DNA of 64,000 nt from Mustelus asterias (Eukaryota), in contig NC_135805.1 of the NCBI RefSeq assembly GCF_964213995.1, positions 74,214,001 to 74,278,000 of the forward strand, read 5' to 3'. Positions 12,537 through 25,140 of the stretch are shown here, one piece after another. Every line of letters starts with the position of its first letter. Position 1 is the first letter of the stretch. The notes under the pieces are model-generated. The model was not told where the DNA came from, made no database searches, and worked only from the letters and a program-made list of their open reading frames with translations. The translations under genes were made by a program, and so were the position numbers.

Positions 12537-14720
12537 TCTGTGTACTTAAAAAGAGCAGCAGAGAATGGATGTTTAATATTCAGAGGAAATAAGCTGTTCA
12601 TGTCTATTTACTGAGTTTAAGCTCAGACATTGATTTTTAAGAAGTGTTATCTTAAAACTATATTTGTTTTTGTCCATCCAAATTGTAACTGGCAGGTGGT
12701 TTTAAATGAATGACATTACAACTCAAATGTAGGGATTTTTATGAAATATTTTCACTGGTTCAGCCTCAGAAGCCACTCCTGAGTACAAATTTCAGATCCC
12801 ATGCAGTTGGAGATTACTCTAACCTGTCTAATATCTGGGCAAGCAACAGCAAAACCCAGGGATTAACGGACATTGAACTTGTAATTCTGCAAATCAGTGA
12901 CTTTAATTAATCTCATACTGTCATTTGATTATCCTGAACAAGAAGTGGACTCAATGTGCACTTTTCAAGGTTGAGACTTGGACTCTTGAACCATTTTCAC
13001 AAGCATAAGTGAACGGGACACAATATAAAACCATGAGTTGTACATTTTTCTCTCCAATACATCAAATAATAAATACATTGCTCATTTCTTTAACAGCTTT
13101 GATTTTAAAACAAACAATCTTGTGCTATCGCATCTTAGAACTGACCCAGCTCTATTCTAAAACATTGTTTGCAGATCGCAGATAATTTATCATGCTGAAA
13201 GAACAACTAAAAAATTTAAGCAAGTTGAAGGGTAAGCAACAACTTGCATTTATATAACCTCATTGTAAAATGTTGCATTATCAAACAAAATTTGACACGG
13301 CTGCATCTGTTATGGTTTTAAGCTGCTTGAGGGTGTTTCAATGCTCTGAGTTGCTGCCATCAAATCTGCTAAATATTTCCAACGTTTCTGTTTTAATTAT
13401 ATTAAGGAGCATCTTGTATTTATTTATCTTTATTGCCATACAGTGCAAAACATAGGCACAGTATTAAAAACAAGATCAGCAACATCAGACAATACAGATC
13501 CAGAAATTACACAGTTTCTGACAAATCCTGGAAAAGTCACATCATTTTCAGCATTGACAACATCAGGTAAAGCATTCCAAGGACAATCAATTCTATGTGG
13601 GGGAGGGGGAAAGAATTATGAATATCAAGACGTGAACCAATTTTTTGTAGTTTATACTGATGACTACAGAGAATTCTTTAATAATTCACCAACAAGCATG
13701 TTTCACCTAGAGTGGCATTTAATGGCTGTGTTGTTATCTGAGATTACCCTCCCAGTGTGCTCTAAGAGCGAAAATCAAATGACAAGCTGCTTCAGGAGAC
13801 CCTGTCCAATTAGAGATGGCAACTGAGTTCCAGAGTTAGAAGGTGCATACAGCACGGCCAATGAATATGGCTGCCAGCCACCTTTGCAGTGTGGGTGCTG
13901 ATGAGGCACATTCAGTAGAAGGGGAGAGTGGCTGCTTTTGCATCGGGTGCAACAGTAATGGAGATATCAGTTTCTGTTAATGGACTGCATTGGCATGCCT
14001 TCTGCTTGGCGATATGTGAGCATTGAAAGTTATTGATAGCAAATGATAATAAGGCATTGATTATAATGGTAGCTCTGACTCCTGCTGAGAAATCTCTGAT
14101 GCATTCCTGGGCTCCTGACAGTGTTCCAATGTTGCCTGTGCAACATTGGAACACTAGCCTCCCTCTCCCTAATTGAGGCCTTAACTGCCTTCCCGCTTCC
14201 TACAGGTGGGTGCTCGATTCCATGCCCTTGGGAAATTAACCAGAGGCTGGAACAAGTCGGGGAGCTTTGCAAACTTGTTATAAATTTCCCCAACACCCTC
14301 TACCTCCTCTCCGTGGAGCTTGGAAAGTTCCAGCCAAGTCTGCCCTAAGCAATCCTTTGGACAATTTAGTTGTTTTGTCTAACAATATCTTTGAGCTATG
14401 CAGGGAAATGTCATTGTTAGTTGATACTTTAATCAAGGTTTACCTCTACACTTGACTCATGCACTCCTAATCAGACTCCCATCTTACATTCTTCATAAGT
14501 CTTTCACCAATCTCGCCTCTACTTACTGATTTATATGGGCTTCCAGTTCAGTAACGCCTTGACTTTAAAATTTTCATCCTTGTTTTCATATCCATTCAAG
14601 GCCTTGCCCCCTCCCATCTCTAATCTCTTTCAATCCTACAACCCTCTGAAATATTTGAGCTCCTCCAATCCTGGTTTCTTATGCATCTGCAATTTTAATT
14701 GCTCCACTTCTGAAAGCCTA

Positions 14721-15770
14721 AAGGAAGGATGTTAAAGCCCTAGAGAGTGTGCAAAGGAGATTTACTAGAATGATGCCAAGAATGAGGAATTTTAGATACA
14801 AGGAAAGATTAGAGAAATTGGGCTTATTCTCCTTGGAGCAGAGAGGATTAAGAGGTGACTTTATTGAGGTATTCAAAATTATAATCTCTTAGCCAACTTC
14901 TAATTTATCATTTCTCTAATCTTTCCTTGTATCTAAAATTCCTCATTCCTAGCATCATTCTAGTAAATCTGCTTTGCACTCTCTAGGGCTTTAACATCCT
15001 TCCTTAAATACAGTGCCCAGAACTGAACACAATACTCCAAATATTGTCTGACCAATGATTTGTAGAGGTGTAGCATCACTCTGTTGCTTTTTTACTCTAT
15101 GCCTCTACTAATAGAATCCCTACAGTGCAGGTATGGCCATTCAGCCCATTGAGTCTACTCGACTTTCTGACAGAGCATCTTACCTAGGCCCACTCCCCTG
15201 CTTTCCCTGTAACCCTACATATTTACCCTGCTAACCCCTACACATCTTTGGACACTAAGGGGCAATTTAGCATGGCCAATTCACCTAACCTAATCTTTGG
15301 ACTTTGGGAGGAAACCGGAGCACCCAGAAGAAACCCATGCAGACATGGGGAGAACACGTAAGCTCCGCACTCAGTCACCCAAGGCCGGAATCAAGCCCGG
15401 GTCCCTGACACTGTGAGGCAGCAGTGCGAATCACTGACAGGGTAAAGAAGGATATTCTGTTTCCACTAGTTGGTGTGTCAGTGACGAGAGTCACAATTTC
15501 AAGAAGGTCAACAAGAGAACTAGGAGTGAGATGAGAAGAAACTTCTTTACTCAGAGTTGTTGGGATTTGGAATATATTGCCTGGGAGTGTGGTGGAGGCA
15601 GATTCTGTAGGGGGTTTCAAAAGAGAGCTAGATACATATTTAAAAGTGATGAATTTAGAGGGCTGCAGAGATGGGGCTGCAGACTGGGAAGCTGGGTAGC
15701 TCTTTTGAGAGCTGGTGCAGACACAATGGGCTTAGAATGGTTCCTTCTGTGCTGTAAAATTCTATGGTTC
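14721..15770. mobile_element. Rearranged CR1 3' fragment with internal inversion-duplication, plus - strand SINE (15112-15432)
   Basis: 14721-14818 is inverted at 14910-15005; RRNFFTQ motif and ttctatggttctat tail at ~15530-15772. Confidence 0.8.
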
Positions 15771-15778
15771 TATAAGAG

Positions 15779-15916
15779 ATGATGTGGCGATGCTGGCGTT
15801 GGACTGTGGTAAACACAGTAAGAGTTTTAACAACACCAGGTTAAAGTCCAACAGATTTATTTGGTAGCAAATGCCATTAGCTAATGGACTTTAACCTGGT
15901 GTTGTTAAAACTCTTG
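15779..15916 (-). mobile_element. Penelope-like copy C: miniature fold-back
   Basis: Same terminal sequence in both orientations; flanking duplication tctataagagatga (15769-15782, 15917-15930, partly overlapping the terminus). Confidence 0.85.
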
Positions 15917-16189
15917 TCTATAAGAGATGAACAGCTTCACGTCTAAGTGGGCCACCTAGTGGAAAATAGTATGAACACATCATGATCAGAAATGCCCCAT
16001 AAAGTGGTGGTTCTGTGTTACAACTAGCACAGGCACAATGTGTATGTTAAGGTATTGTAATGCTATGAATCGTGGCTAATTCATGCACTGATTTGGAATA
16101 ATTCATCTATTCAATTTTACATTGGTAATATTAAAATCATTAGATTTTAGTGGATATTGTTACAATTGTACAATTGGAGTGGTCTATTT

Positions 16190-18470
16190 ATTGATCCAAC
16201 ATCCTGTTTCTCTCAAGAGTTTGAATGTGTAATTGCATCTCAAATCTGTTCCCATATTTTCTGGAACTCCATGGAACTGCTCTCACTTGGTTCTATTCTT
16301 CGCGATCTAATCATAGAGAATCATTTCCAATGGCTTCTCTTCCAACTCCTGCACTATTATCTCTGGTAGCCCCCAAGGATCTATCCTTGCCACCCCTACC
16401 CGCTTCTATTGCTCCTCTCCATACTGTCCCTTGGTGACAGCATCCAAAAGCACAGCGTTAGTTATCACATGTATGCTGACTCCAGCCAGCTTTACGTCAC
16501 CACGACCTCTCTTGACTCATCTACTGTTGCTAAATTAGCAGAGTGCTTATCTGAAATCCATTACTGTATAAATACAAAGTTCCTCCAATTAAATATTAGG
16601 GCTGAAACCATTGTTGTTGATCCTCACTCTAAACTTCGTTCCTTGCTATTGGTTCAATCCCTCTACCTGGCAACAATATGAGATTAAGCCAGTCTATTCT
16701 CGACCTTGGTGTCACATTTGACACCGAGATGAGCTTCTGACCGCGTGTTGCAAGGCAATTTGATATTTTGCGTATTTTTGCCCAGTAAGGTCAGACTTTG
16801 TTTCTTTTTAATATGTATTATCTTTATACTTGTGTTAAAATGTAACTAATTGTGAGGTGGACCAATGTCCTGAGCTCAGAACCAGGTGGTAGTAACATGG
16901 AGTACGGAGGACATCAGATGAAGATTTCTGACTGAAGACATCAAATGCTGAGGCTTGTATGGAACTTCTTAATAAAACCGAGCCTGGACAAGGACAGACG
17001 GGGCCACACATACACATCAGGGCATGCCACTGGAGTGGTGGCTAACCAGCAGACACCCTGAATACAGAAAGTGACCTAGACAATGGTGCCTCTGGTATGT
17101 TTCAATGGCTTTCTTCCTGCCTTATTAAGATACAGAAATCACATCCATTGCTGGCAGATAGCTGGAGACACCCTCAGTGAATGACCATGTGTCTTTGCAT
17201 GCCTGGGCAAGATTGATAATCCAGTCAGATGACTCGGTTTAAGATACTACTTTATATGCTGAGAGTCAGAAAGAGATATAAATCCACAGCAGTCAAGGAC
17301 ATTGGGGCTGCAGACAAAGTCCTGTGGAAGAATCCATTCAGTAGACTGATCACCTAGGGACGAGCTCTTGCATGTGGGTCTTGCTAAGCAAGTGGTTTTG
17401 TTAAGGGTGGCACAGTGACACAGTGGTTAGCACTACTGCTCCACAGCACCAAGGACCTGGGTTTGATTACAGCCTTGGGTGACTGTGAGGAGTTTTCTCA
17501 TTCTCTCATATCTGCATGGGTTTTCTCCTCCCACATTCCAAAGATGTGCAGGTTAGGTGGATTGGCCATGCTAAATTGCCCCTTAATGTCCCAAGATGTG
17601 TAGGTTAGGGGGATTAGTGGGGTAAATGTGTGGGTTTATGGGACTAGAACAGGGGAATGGACCTGGGTAAACTGCTGTGTTGGAGAGTCAGTGCAGACTC
17701 GATGGGCTGAATGGCCTCTTCTGAACTATAGGGATTCAATATACTATTGCTCAGTGGGTTAACAAAGGATTTCCACATCGTGTTTGTTTCGTGTGGATAC
17801 CAAAGTGCGGGATAAGGACCTTAGAGGGAGTGAGACCTACTGGTTAAGAGTCCTGCAATATTCACACCATCACTAAAGCCCACCTATTGCCAGCTCCTTA
17901 ACATCACCCTACCTCACTCCTGTTTCAACTGACCTGCTGAAACTCTCATCCATGGGTTTGACCTTTAGACTTGCCCATTCCAATACACTCCTGGCTGGTC
18001 TCCCACAATCTACGCTCCATAAACTTGAAGTAATTCAAAACTCTGTTGCCCTTCTCTCACCTATCACCCCAGTGCTTGCTGATCTACCCAGTTAAGCAAC
18101 ATTGTGATTTTAAAATTCTCATCCAATTTCTTTCATGGCCTCACTATCTTTGCAATCTCCTCCAACCCCACAACTGAGATAGCTGCACTCCTCCAATTCT
18201 GGCCTCTTGAGCATCCCTGAATTGTTTTACTCTACCATTGGTGGCCATGTCTTCAGTGGCCCCCCAAGCCTCCCTCTACTTCCTCACCTCTCCACCTCAC
18301 TTTCCTCCTTTTAGACATTCCTTAAAACCTATCTCTTTGACCAAGCTTTTGGTCATCGATCTAATATCTTCCTATGTGCACTGGGTGTCATACATTGTTT
18401 AAGAATATCTGTGTGAAGTGGCTTGGGGCTGTTCATTACATTAAAGCTGCTATATAAATTATTGTTGATG
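16190..18470 (+). mobile_element. Old L2-like LINE remnant interrupted by an unrelated ~1.1 kb insertion and a SINE (17404-17738)
   Basis: HSVSYHMYADSSQLY (YADD-like) and FLQLN; L2-type 3' end ttaaagctgctatataaat...gttgatgtt. Confidence 0.75.
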
Positions 18471-19381
18471 TTATGTATACAATGGCTCGTCCCAACAAGG
18501 CCAAAATGGTCTCATGTGTTCGCAGACATGCTGAACTGAAGCAGGCCAACCTTAATAAGAGTTTTCCACAGTTTTCTAGTGTGCAACCTTTCAACATTTC
18601 TTCTTGCAGCTGTTGTCAATTGTGTTGCACAATATGTACCAGATCAACTAACCGACTTGCATTCTCCTGCAAGCATAATGAGAAATTCCCTTGAACCTAC
18701 AAATTTTTTGAAACCTGAATATTTTGATAGGTCATGAATGAAGGTGACGGGGGTAGTTTCTGAGGTTGATCTGTTTTGCAATGTCTGATTAATTCCACTG
18801 ATGGTCACTAGTTTGAGGTCATGACATACTGGCAGACCTGTGATTACCATCCAGCACTATGTCACCTGCACATGGAATTAGTGAACTGGTGTAGGCTGAA
18901 AGTTTTACAGTAGCAGATTCCACTATGACACTCCATGTCTGCGGATACATGCCTTATACAATTTACCATGTAGTATGGTGGCAATTTCCCGTGTCAACCT
19001 TGACCATAAGGAGTAGTTATTAACTTTCTTAGGCAGGTAATTTAAATCTTGGCAAATACTCTGGACGTGTGATGGCATGTACATTTTCCATGAGATTGAT
19101 GGTGTAAAAATGTATTCACTGCCTTTGCTGTTTTGTCAATCACCTCGTGTACCTCTTTCTGACGGGATACCAGATGTTATTATTGCTTGAAGGTACCCAT
19201 GTTGTACGATCTGTTTGGACCAGTGCATGGCTCTTTGTAGCTACATCAGTCTTTGCTTCAGTTCACTGCCATGGCTCTTTCTGTCACATGCTTTGCAGAA
19301 TTGCTGGAAAGCTGGCCATTCCTTCTCCGTAAGAAGTCTCACAACAGGTTAAAGTCCAACAGGTTTATTTGGTAGCGAATA

Positions 19382-19418
19382 CCATAAGCTTTCGGAGCGC
19401 TGCTCCTTCGTCAGACGG
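19382..19418 (-). ncRNA. Minimal hammerhead ribozyme motif
   Basis: rc: ccgt ctgacga a ggagc agc gctcc gaa agct t atgg. Confidence 0.77.
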
Positions 19419-21476
19419 AGTGGAAATCTGCTCTCAAACAGTGCACAGAGACACAAAATCAAGTTACAGAATACTGATTAGAATGCGAATCCCTAAAGCC
19501 AGCCAGGTCTTAAAGGTACAGACAATGTGGGTGGAGGGAGCATTAAACACAGGTTAAAGAGATATGCATTGTCTCCCGACAGAACAGCTAGTGAGATTCT
19601 GCAAGCCCAGGAGGCAAGCTGTGGGGGTTACTGATAATGTGACATGAATCCAACATCCCGGTTTAGGCCGTCCTCATGTGTGTGGAACTTGGCTATCAGT
19701 TTCTGCTCAGCGACTCTGCGCTGTCGTGTGGCGTGAAGGCCGCCTTGGAGAACGCTTACGTGAAGATCCAAGGCTGAATGCCCGTGACTGCTGAAGTGCT
19801 CCCCCACAGGAAGAGAACAGTCTTGCCTGTGATTGTCGACCGGTGTTCATTCATCCGTTGTCGTAGCGTCTGCATGGTTTCCCCAATGTACCATGCCTCG
19901 GGACATCCTTTCCTGCAGCGTATCAGGTAGACAATGTTGGCCGAGTTGCAAGAGTAGGTACCGTGTACCTGGTATATGGTGTTCTCACGTGAGATGATGG
20001 CATCCGTGTCGATGATCCGGCACGTCTTGCAGAGTTGCTGTGGCAGGGTTGTGTGGTGTCGTGGTCACTGTTCTCCTGAAGGCTGCGTAGTTTGCTGCGG
20101 ACAATGGTCTGTTTGAGGTTGCGTGGTTGTTTGAAGGCAAGAAGTGGGGGTGTGGGGATGGCCTTGGGGAAATGTTCGTCTTCATCAATGACATGTTGAA
20201 AGCGATGATATTTTCTTCCTTTGGAGTCATGGTGAGCAATCACTGAAACAACTATATGATGACAGCAACAAGTTCCATCCCACCAACAGACTCACCATGG
20301 ACTACTCTCCAGAATCGGTTGCATTCTTGGACACACGCATCTCTATTAAGGACGGTCACCTCAGCACCTCACTGTACCGCAAGCCCACGGATAACCTCAT
20401 GATGCTCCACTTCTCCAGCTTCCACCCGAAACACGTTAAAGAAGCCATCCCCTACGGACAAGCCCTCCGAATACACAGCATCTGCTCGGATGAGGAGGAT
20501 CGCAACAGACACCTTCAGACGCTGAAAGATACCCTCATAAGAACAGGATATGGCGCTCGACTCATCGATCAACAGTTCCGACGTGCCACAGCAAAAAAAC
20601 CGCACCAACCTCCTCAGAAGACAAACACGGGACACGGTGGACAGAGTACCCTTCGTCGTCCAGTACTTCCCCGGAGCGGAGAAGCTACGGCATCTCCTCC
20701 GGAGCCTTCAACATGTCATTGATGAAGACGATCATCTTGCCAAGGCCACTTCTTGCCTTCAAACAACCACGCAAACTCAAACAGACCATTGTCCGCAGCA
20801 AACTACCCAGCCTTCAGGAGAACAGTGACCACGACACCACACAACCCTGCCACAGCAACCGCTGCAAGACGTGCCGGATCATCGACACGGATGCCATCAT
20901 CTCACGTGAGAACACCATCTACCAGGTACACGGTACCTACTCTTGCAACTCGGCCAACATTATCTACCTGATACGCTGCAGGAAAGGATGTCCTGAGGCA
21001 TGGTACATTGGGGAAACCATGAAGACGCTACGACAACGGATGAATGAACACCGGTCGACAATCACCAGGCAAGACTGTTCTCTTCCTGTGGGGGAGCACT
21101 TCAGTAGTCACGGGCATTCAGCCTTGGATCGTCATGTAAGCGCTCTCCAAGGCGGCCTTCACGACACACGACAGCGCAGAGTCGCTGAGCAGAAACTGAT
21201 AGCCAAGTTCCGCACACATGAGGACAGCCTAAACCGGGATGTTGGATTTATGTCACATTATCAGTAACCCCCACAGCTTGCCTCCTGGGCTTGCAGAATC
21301 TCACTAGCTGTTCTGTCTGGAGACAATACACATCTCTTTAACCTGTGTTTAATGCTCCCTCCACCCACATTGTCTGTACCTTTAAGACCTGGCTAGCTTT
21401 AGGGATTCGCATTCTAATCAGTATTCTGTAACTTGATTTTGTGTCTCTGTGCACTGTTTGAGAGCAGATTTCCACT

Positions 21477-21513
21477 CCATCTGACGAAGGAGCAGCGCTC
21501 CGAAAGCTTATGG
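21477..21513 (+). ncRNA. Minimal hammerhead ribozyme motif
   Basis: ccat ctgacga a ggagc agc gctcc gaa agct t atgg. Confidence 0.8.
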
Positions 21514-23219
21514 TACTTGCTACCAAATAAACCTGTTGGACTTTAACCTGGTGTTGTGAGACTTCTTACTGTGTTCACCCCAATCCAACGCCGGCATCTC
21601 CACATCATTCCTTCTCCCACAGTAACTGGGATGAAAGTCGCTGCAGCTGTTTTCACACTTTTCTAAAGCTCCACCTGTTACAATTTTAACCTTCTCTGGC
21701 CTGATTTCTATGTCAGTTTTGTTTGTCTTTTTGACCACGTCCTGGTCACTCGCCTTTCCTGACTGATGCTGGTCCTCTCGATGTACTGTCCTCCTCACCA
21801 TAAGGGATTTATCTGCTAACCGTTATTTTTAAATTTGAGCACTCTATCTGCATTGTGTCTTCAAAGCCTTTTTGTGCAGTCACCACGTTGCGTTTCAACA
21901 TTCTCCACCGCTGCAGCTTCCTTGCGATCTGATCAAAACATCGAGGGTTGTCTAATTCCATATAGCATAATCTAAGACAATTTACTATGTTGTACCTGTA
22001 CTTAATCTTGCTGTCAGGCTAAACAATATGTCATTTAGAAGGAACCACTGCTGCACAGCATGTCATGTATGTTATAAATGATATAGAGGCACAATCATTC
22101 ATAAGGGATTGTGCAAACACGTTATAGGTTCAGTGATTAAGAACCTGCACATGTGAACAGCAATGAATGGATAGAAAGCTTGAGAGCATCAGAGGTTTGT
22201 GTCTCTGACCTGCTCCAGGCCAAAGTGAAATTGAGGCTGGATCACGTGACAGAGTTTCCTAAATGGTGGCATGCTGCTATCCCTTAAATGCATAGTACAA
22301 CAAGAGGGACTGCGTGAAATGTAAATAGAATGGTAGCAGTGTGCAAGGAAAGGTGAATGAGAAGTGCATGAGACGAATGCAATGAAAATGAAATTTATAC
22401 AAAAGAGAATGGATAGAGATGTGAAAAGATTTGAAATATGCAAATGATTGAGACGAGATAGTGAAACCAACAAGTGAATGTACAAAAGGCACAGGGTAGG
22501 ATTTAATTGCAGCAATGTGGATGCCAGCATTGGACCCAGACCAACAACCTTCATCTCCCAGAACAACAACTTCCATGTCCCAGGTCTGTGGGCATATGGT
22601 TTCATCCAAGGAGAGGTTTGTGACCCTCAGGGAGACCCTTCAGTGGCTGTCGACTATGGGCCCAGATCTGCAAACCATCAATTTGAAAATGAGCTCTATG
22701 CAGCAGTGGTCAGAGGGGCATAAGAGAGTGGCGAGATGCCTGGACTGCCCTCTAGGTGCCCCGCCATCTCCATTAGACAGAGTTGGTATTGCATATCAAG
22801 AGCAAGGGAGAGGGTGGTGGAGGAGCAACAATCTGCCATCTCTGGGGCTCCTCTCAAAGTGCTCTGAGGGTGTACAGGCACTTCACAGCACCTCTGCCAG
22901 TGACCTGACCACTTCCAGTAGCTGTGATCACAGAGGAGGCAGCTACACATGTGCAGAAGAGTCTCAGTGTGCCTGGGCCCTCTAGGTCTCAGGTATCTAA
23001 AGGACAGCTGCCAAATTCATTTCAGGCCATGGGGCATTGCGATCAATAGCCTGCCTCCACCTCGGCTCCAGATCTCAAGGCCACACTTTGACGGAGCATT
23101 TGGAAATGATTAAGAAAAAGCACTTAGAGCCCCCCCCCAGGGTGGTGGGGGTGTTTACATTTTAAAAGTTACAAATTGGTCTTTGTGTGTCATCAATTCA
23201 GTTAAAGTTAATTTGTTAG

Positions 23220-23477
23220 GCACAAGTAGGCTTACATTAACATTGCACTGAAGTTACTGTGAAAATCCCCTATCGCCACACTTCGGCACCTGTTCAGGTA
23301 CACTGAGGGAGAATTTAGCATAGCCATTGCACCCAAGCAGCACATCTTTCGGACTGTGGGAGGAAACTGGTGCACCCGGAGGAAATCCATGCAGACTCTG
23401 CACAGTGACCCAAGCCAGGAATCGAACCCAGGTCCCTGGTGCTGTGAGGCAGCAGTGCTAACCACTGTGCCACCGTA
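23220..23477 (-). mobile_element. V-SINE-like element, tail type B
   Basis: Same tRNA head; tail cagtaacttc...gtgttaatgtaagcctacttgtg. Confidence 0.85.
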
Positions 23478-23950
23478 CCTGTGTTGCAGCATTTATTGCT
23501 TTATTCTATTAGATGTCTTCTCACTTGCAGACTGAATCTTTGGACATGTATCTGCCTGTTTGTATGGGGAAAAACGTAGTCCTGCCCTCTTCACTGATGC
23601 AGCAATGAGCTTGGGGAGGCTCAACAATGGACACTAAGTACTACATATGATGAAATGCTGGGGTGACATGGCCTGGTGGTCTCAGTTCAAGGCGCTTGTC
23701 TGCAGCTAGCAGCTGTGAATGAGGTTGTCTCAAGCCTCCCAAACACATCTAAGGTCCTTGCCTCTGGTGTAGGCAGCTCATCCAACTTTCCTCCTTGCTC
23801 TATATCCTCCGCCACATATTTGGATGAGCACTTGAAATATCATAATATTCAAGGATATGGGCCGTGCAGGAAAATGGGACTATCTACCATTAGTGGTAGA
23901 TATTGTCAGTGCAAATTCGATGGGCTGAAGGGCCATGACTCTTTACTCTA

Positions 23951-24449
23951 TGACGTGGAGATGCTGGCGTTGGACTAGGGTAAACACAGTAAGAAGTCTC
24001 ACAACACCAGGTTAAAGTCCAACAGGTTTATTTGGTAGCACAAGCCACTACCTTTTAGAGCGCTGCCCCTTCATCAGGTGAGTGGGATTTCAGTTCACAA
24101 ACAGGGCATATAAAGACACAAACTCAGTTTACAAAAGGATAATTAATAAGCAATAACCAATCCAGTCAAGGACACACACCGGTTTATTTAAAAAAATTCA
24201 CATATTCTGCTTCTGCTCTCATCAGCAACTCATTTCCAGGCCGGTCGGACAGCAATTACACTCTGTAATTTCAAACCCCTCCTCACCCAGTGCAGCAGAT
24301 TATGTAAATTGAGTTTGTGTCTTTATATGCCCTGTTTGTGAACTGAAATCCCACTCACCTGATGAAGGGGCAGCGCTCCGAAAGCTAGTGGCTTGTGCTA
24401 CCAAATAAACCTGTTGGACTTTAACCTGGTGTTGTGAGACTTCTTACTG
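23951..24449 (-). mobile_element. Penelope-like copy E: inverted arms enclosing captured HINT3 sequence
   Basis: Arms 23951-24133 and 24303-24449; TSD ctttactcta (23941-23950, 24451-24460); centre is the reverse complement of 25127-25316. Confidence 0.92.
24356..24390 (+). ncRNA. Minimal hammerhead ribozyme motif, variant subfamily
   Basis: cac ctgatga a ggggc agc gctcc gaa agct a gtg. Confidence 0.78.
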
Positions 24450-24890
24450 CCTTTACTCTATAACATCCTCCTCACCGGATAAGGACTGAATCTCCTCCAA
24501 ACCTTCTGGCTGACAGGCCTCAACCCTCTGCCATATTAGGTTGTGCAGCAAGCAGCAATGATCCTGGAAACTCTCCCTGGGTTAAATTGCACAGTGTCAC
24601 GGGAGTGGTATTTACTGGAATCACATTTTGTGTAGGCCAATTGTCTGTTTAATTGCTGCATGGGCTGACCTGTTGCAGGCCCTTTCCCTTTCAAAACAAA
24701 TTGAACCTGATATTTGTTGGGACAGAAATGTCCAAGTACCAATACAGGCTGAACCCTTGACTGACCCCATGCCAGTCTAATCTCTGCATTCAGACAAACT
24801 GTCATTTAGCTGACACCGGGATGGGAACAAGCGGGTCTCCACACAACAAAATATCACCAACAAACTACCACTCTGTAAACTGGGCCGCTG

Positions 24891-24974
24891 CTCCCTGGGT
24901 TCGATTGATTGGTGCGAACCGTCTCTCTGGGTTCGATTCATTGGTGTGAAGCGAGTCTCTCTGGGTTCGATTGG
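24891..24974 (+). repeat. Three-copy ~31 bp tandem repeat carrying inverted CCAAT boxes at the HINT3 promoter/5'UTR
   Basis: ctc(c/t)ctgggttcgatt x3; ATTGG at 24908, 24940 and 24970. Confidence 0.85.
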
Positions 24975-24984
24975 CGCAGTTGCC

Positions 24985-25140
24985 ATGGCGGCGACGACTG
25001 AGGTTGAGGTCCCGGCCCAGGTCCCGGCCCGAGGAGAGGGCGAGGCGGAAACTCCAGCAGCGGCCGATGCAGAGTTTGATAAGAAATGCATCTTCTGTAA
25101 AATCGGGAATAAAGAGGAGTCGGTGGATCTGCTGCACTGG
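24985..25140 (+). CDS. HINT3: HINT3 exon 1 (MAATTEVEV...FDKKCIFCKIGNKEESVDLLHW)
   Basis: Kozak gccATGg in CpG-rich island; CIFCKI motif; TGG|gtgagg donor. Confidence 0.93.

Larger units (their letters stand above)
19329..21605 (+). mobile_element. Penelope-like copy D: RT C-terminus + GIY-YIG, preceded by ~870 bp inverted duplicate
   Basis: VAFLDTRISI, LYRKPTD, IYLIRCRKGCPEAWYIGET; 19329-20200 mirrors ~20707-21569; TSD cattccttctcc (19317-19328, 21606-21617). Confidence 0.95.

Noticed and set aside
20713-21267. Domesticated stand-alone GIY-YIG nuclease gene
   Set aside because: Part of a frameshifted, truncated Penelope copy with TSD and near-identical copies elsewhere in the window
21620-23110. 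Cluster of 80-156 aa ORFs, possibly an old DNA transposon
   Set aside because: No motif, splice structure or termini that I could support
24891-24974. Short repeats with spacers resembling a CRISPR array
   Set aside because: Eukaryotic intron-containing locus, only three units, related spacers, no cas genes
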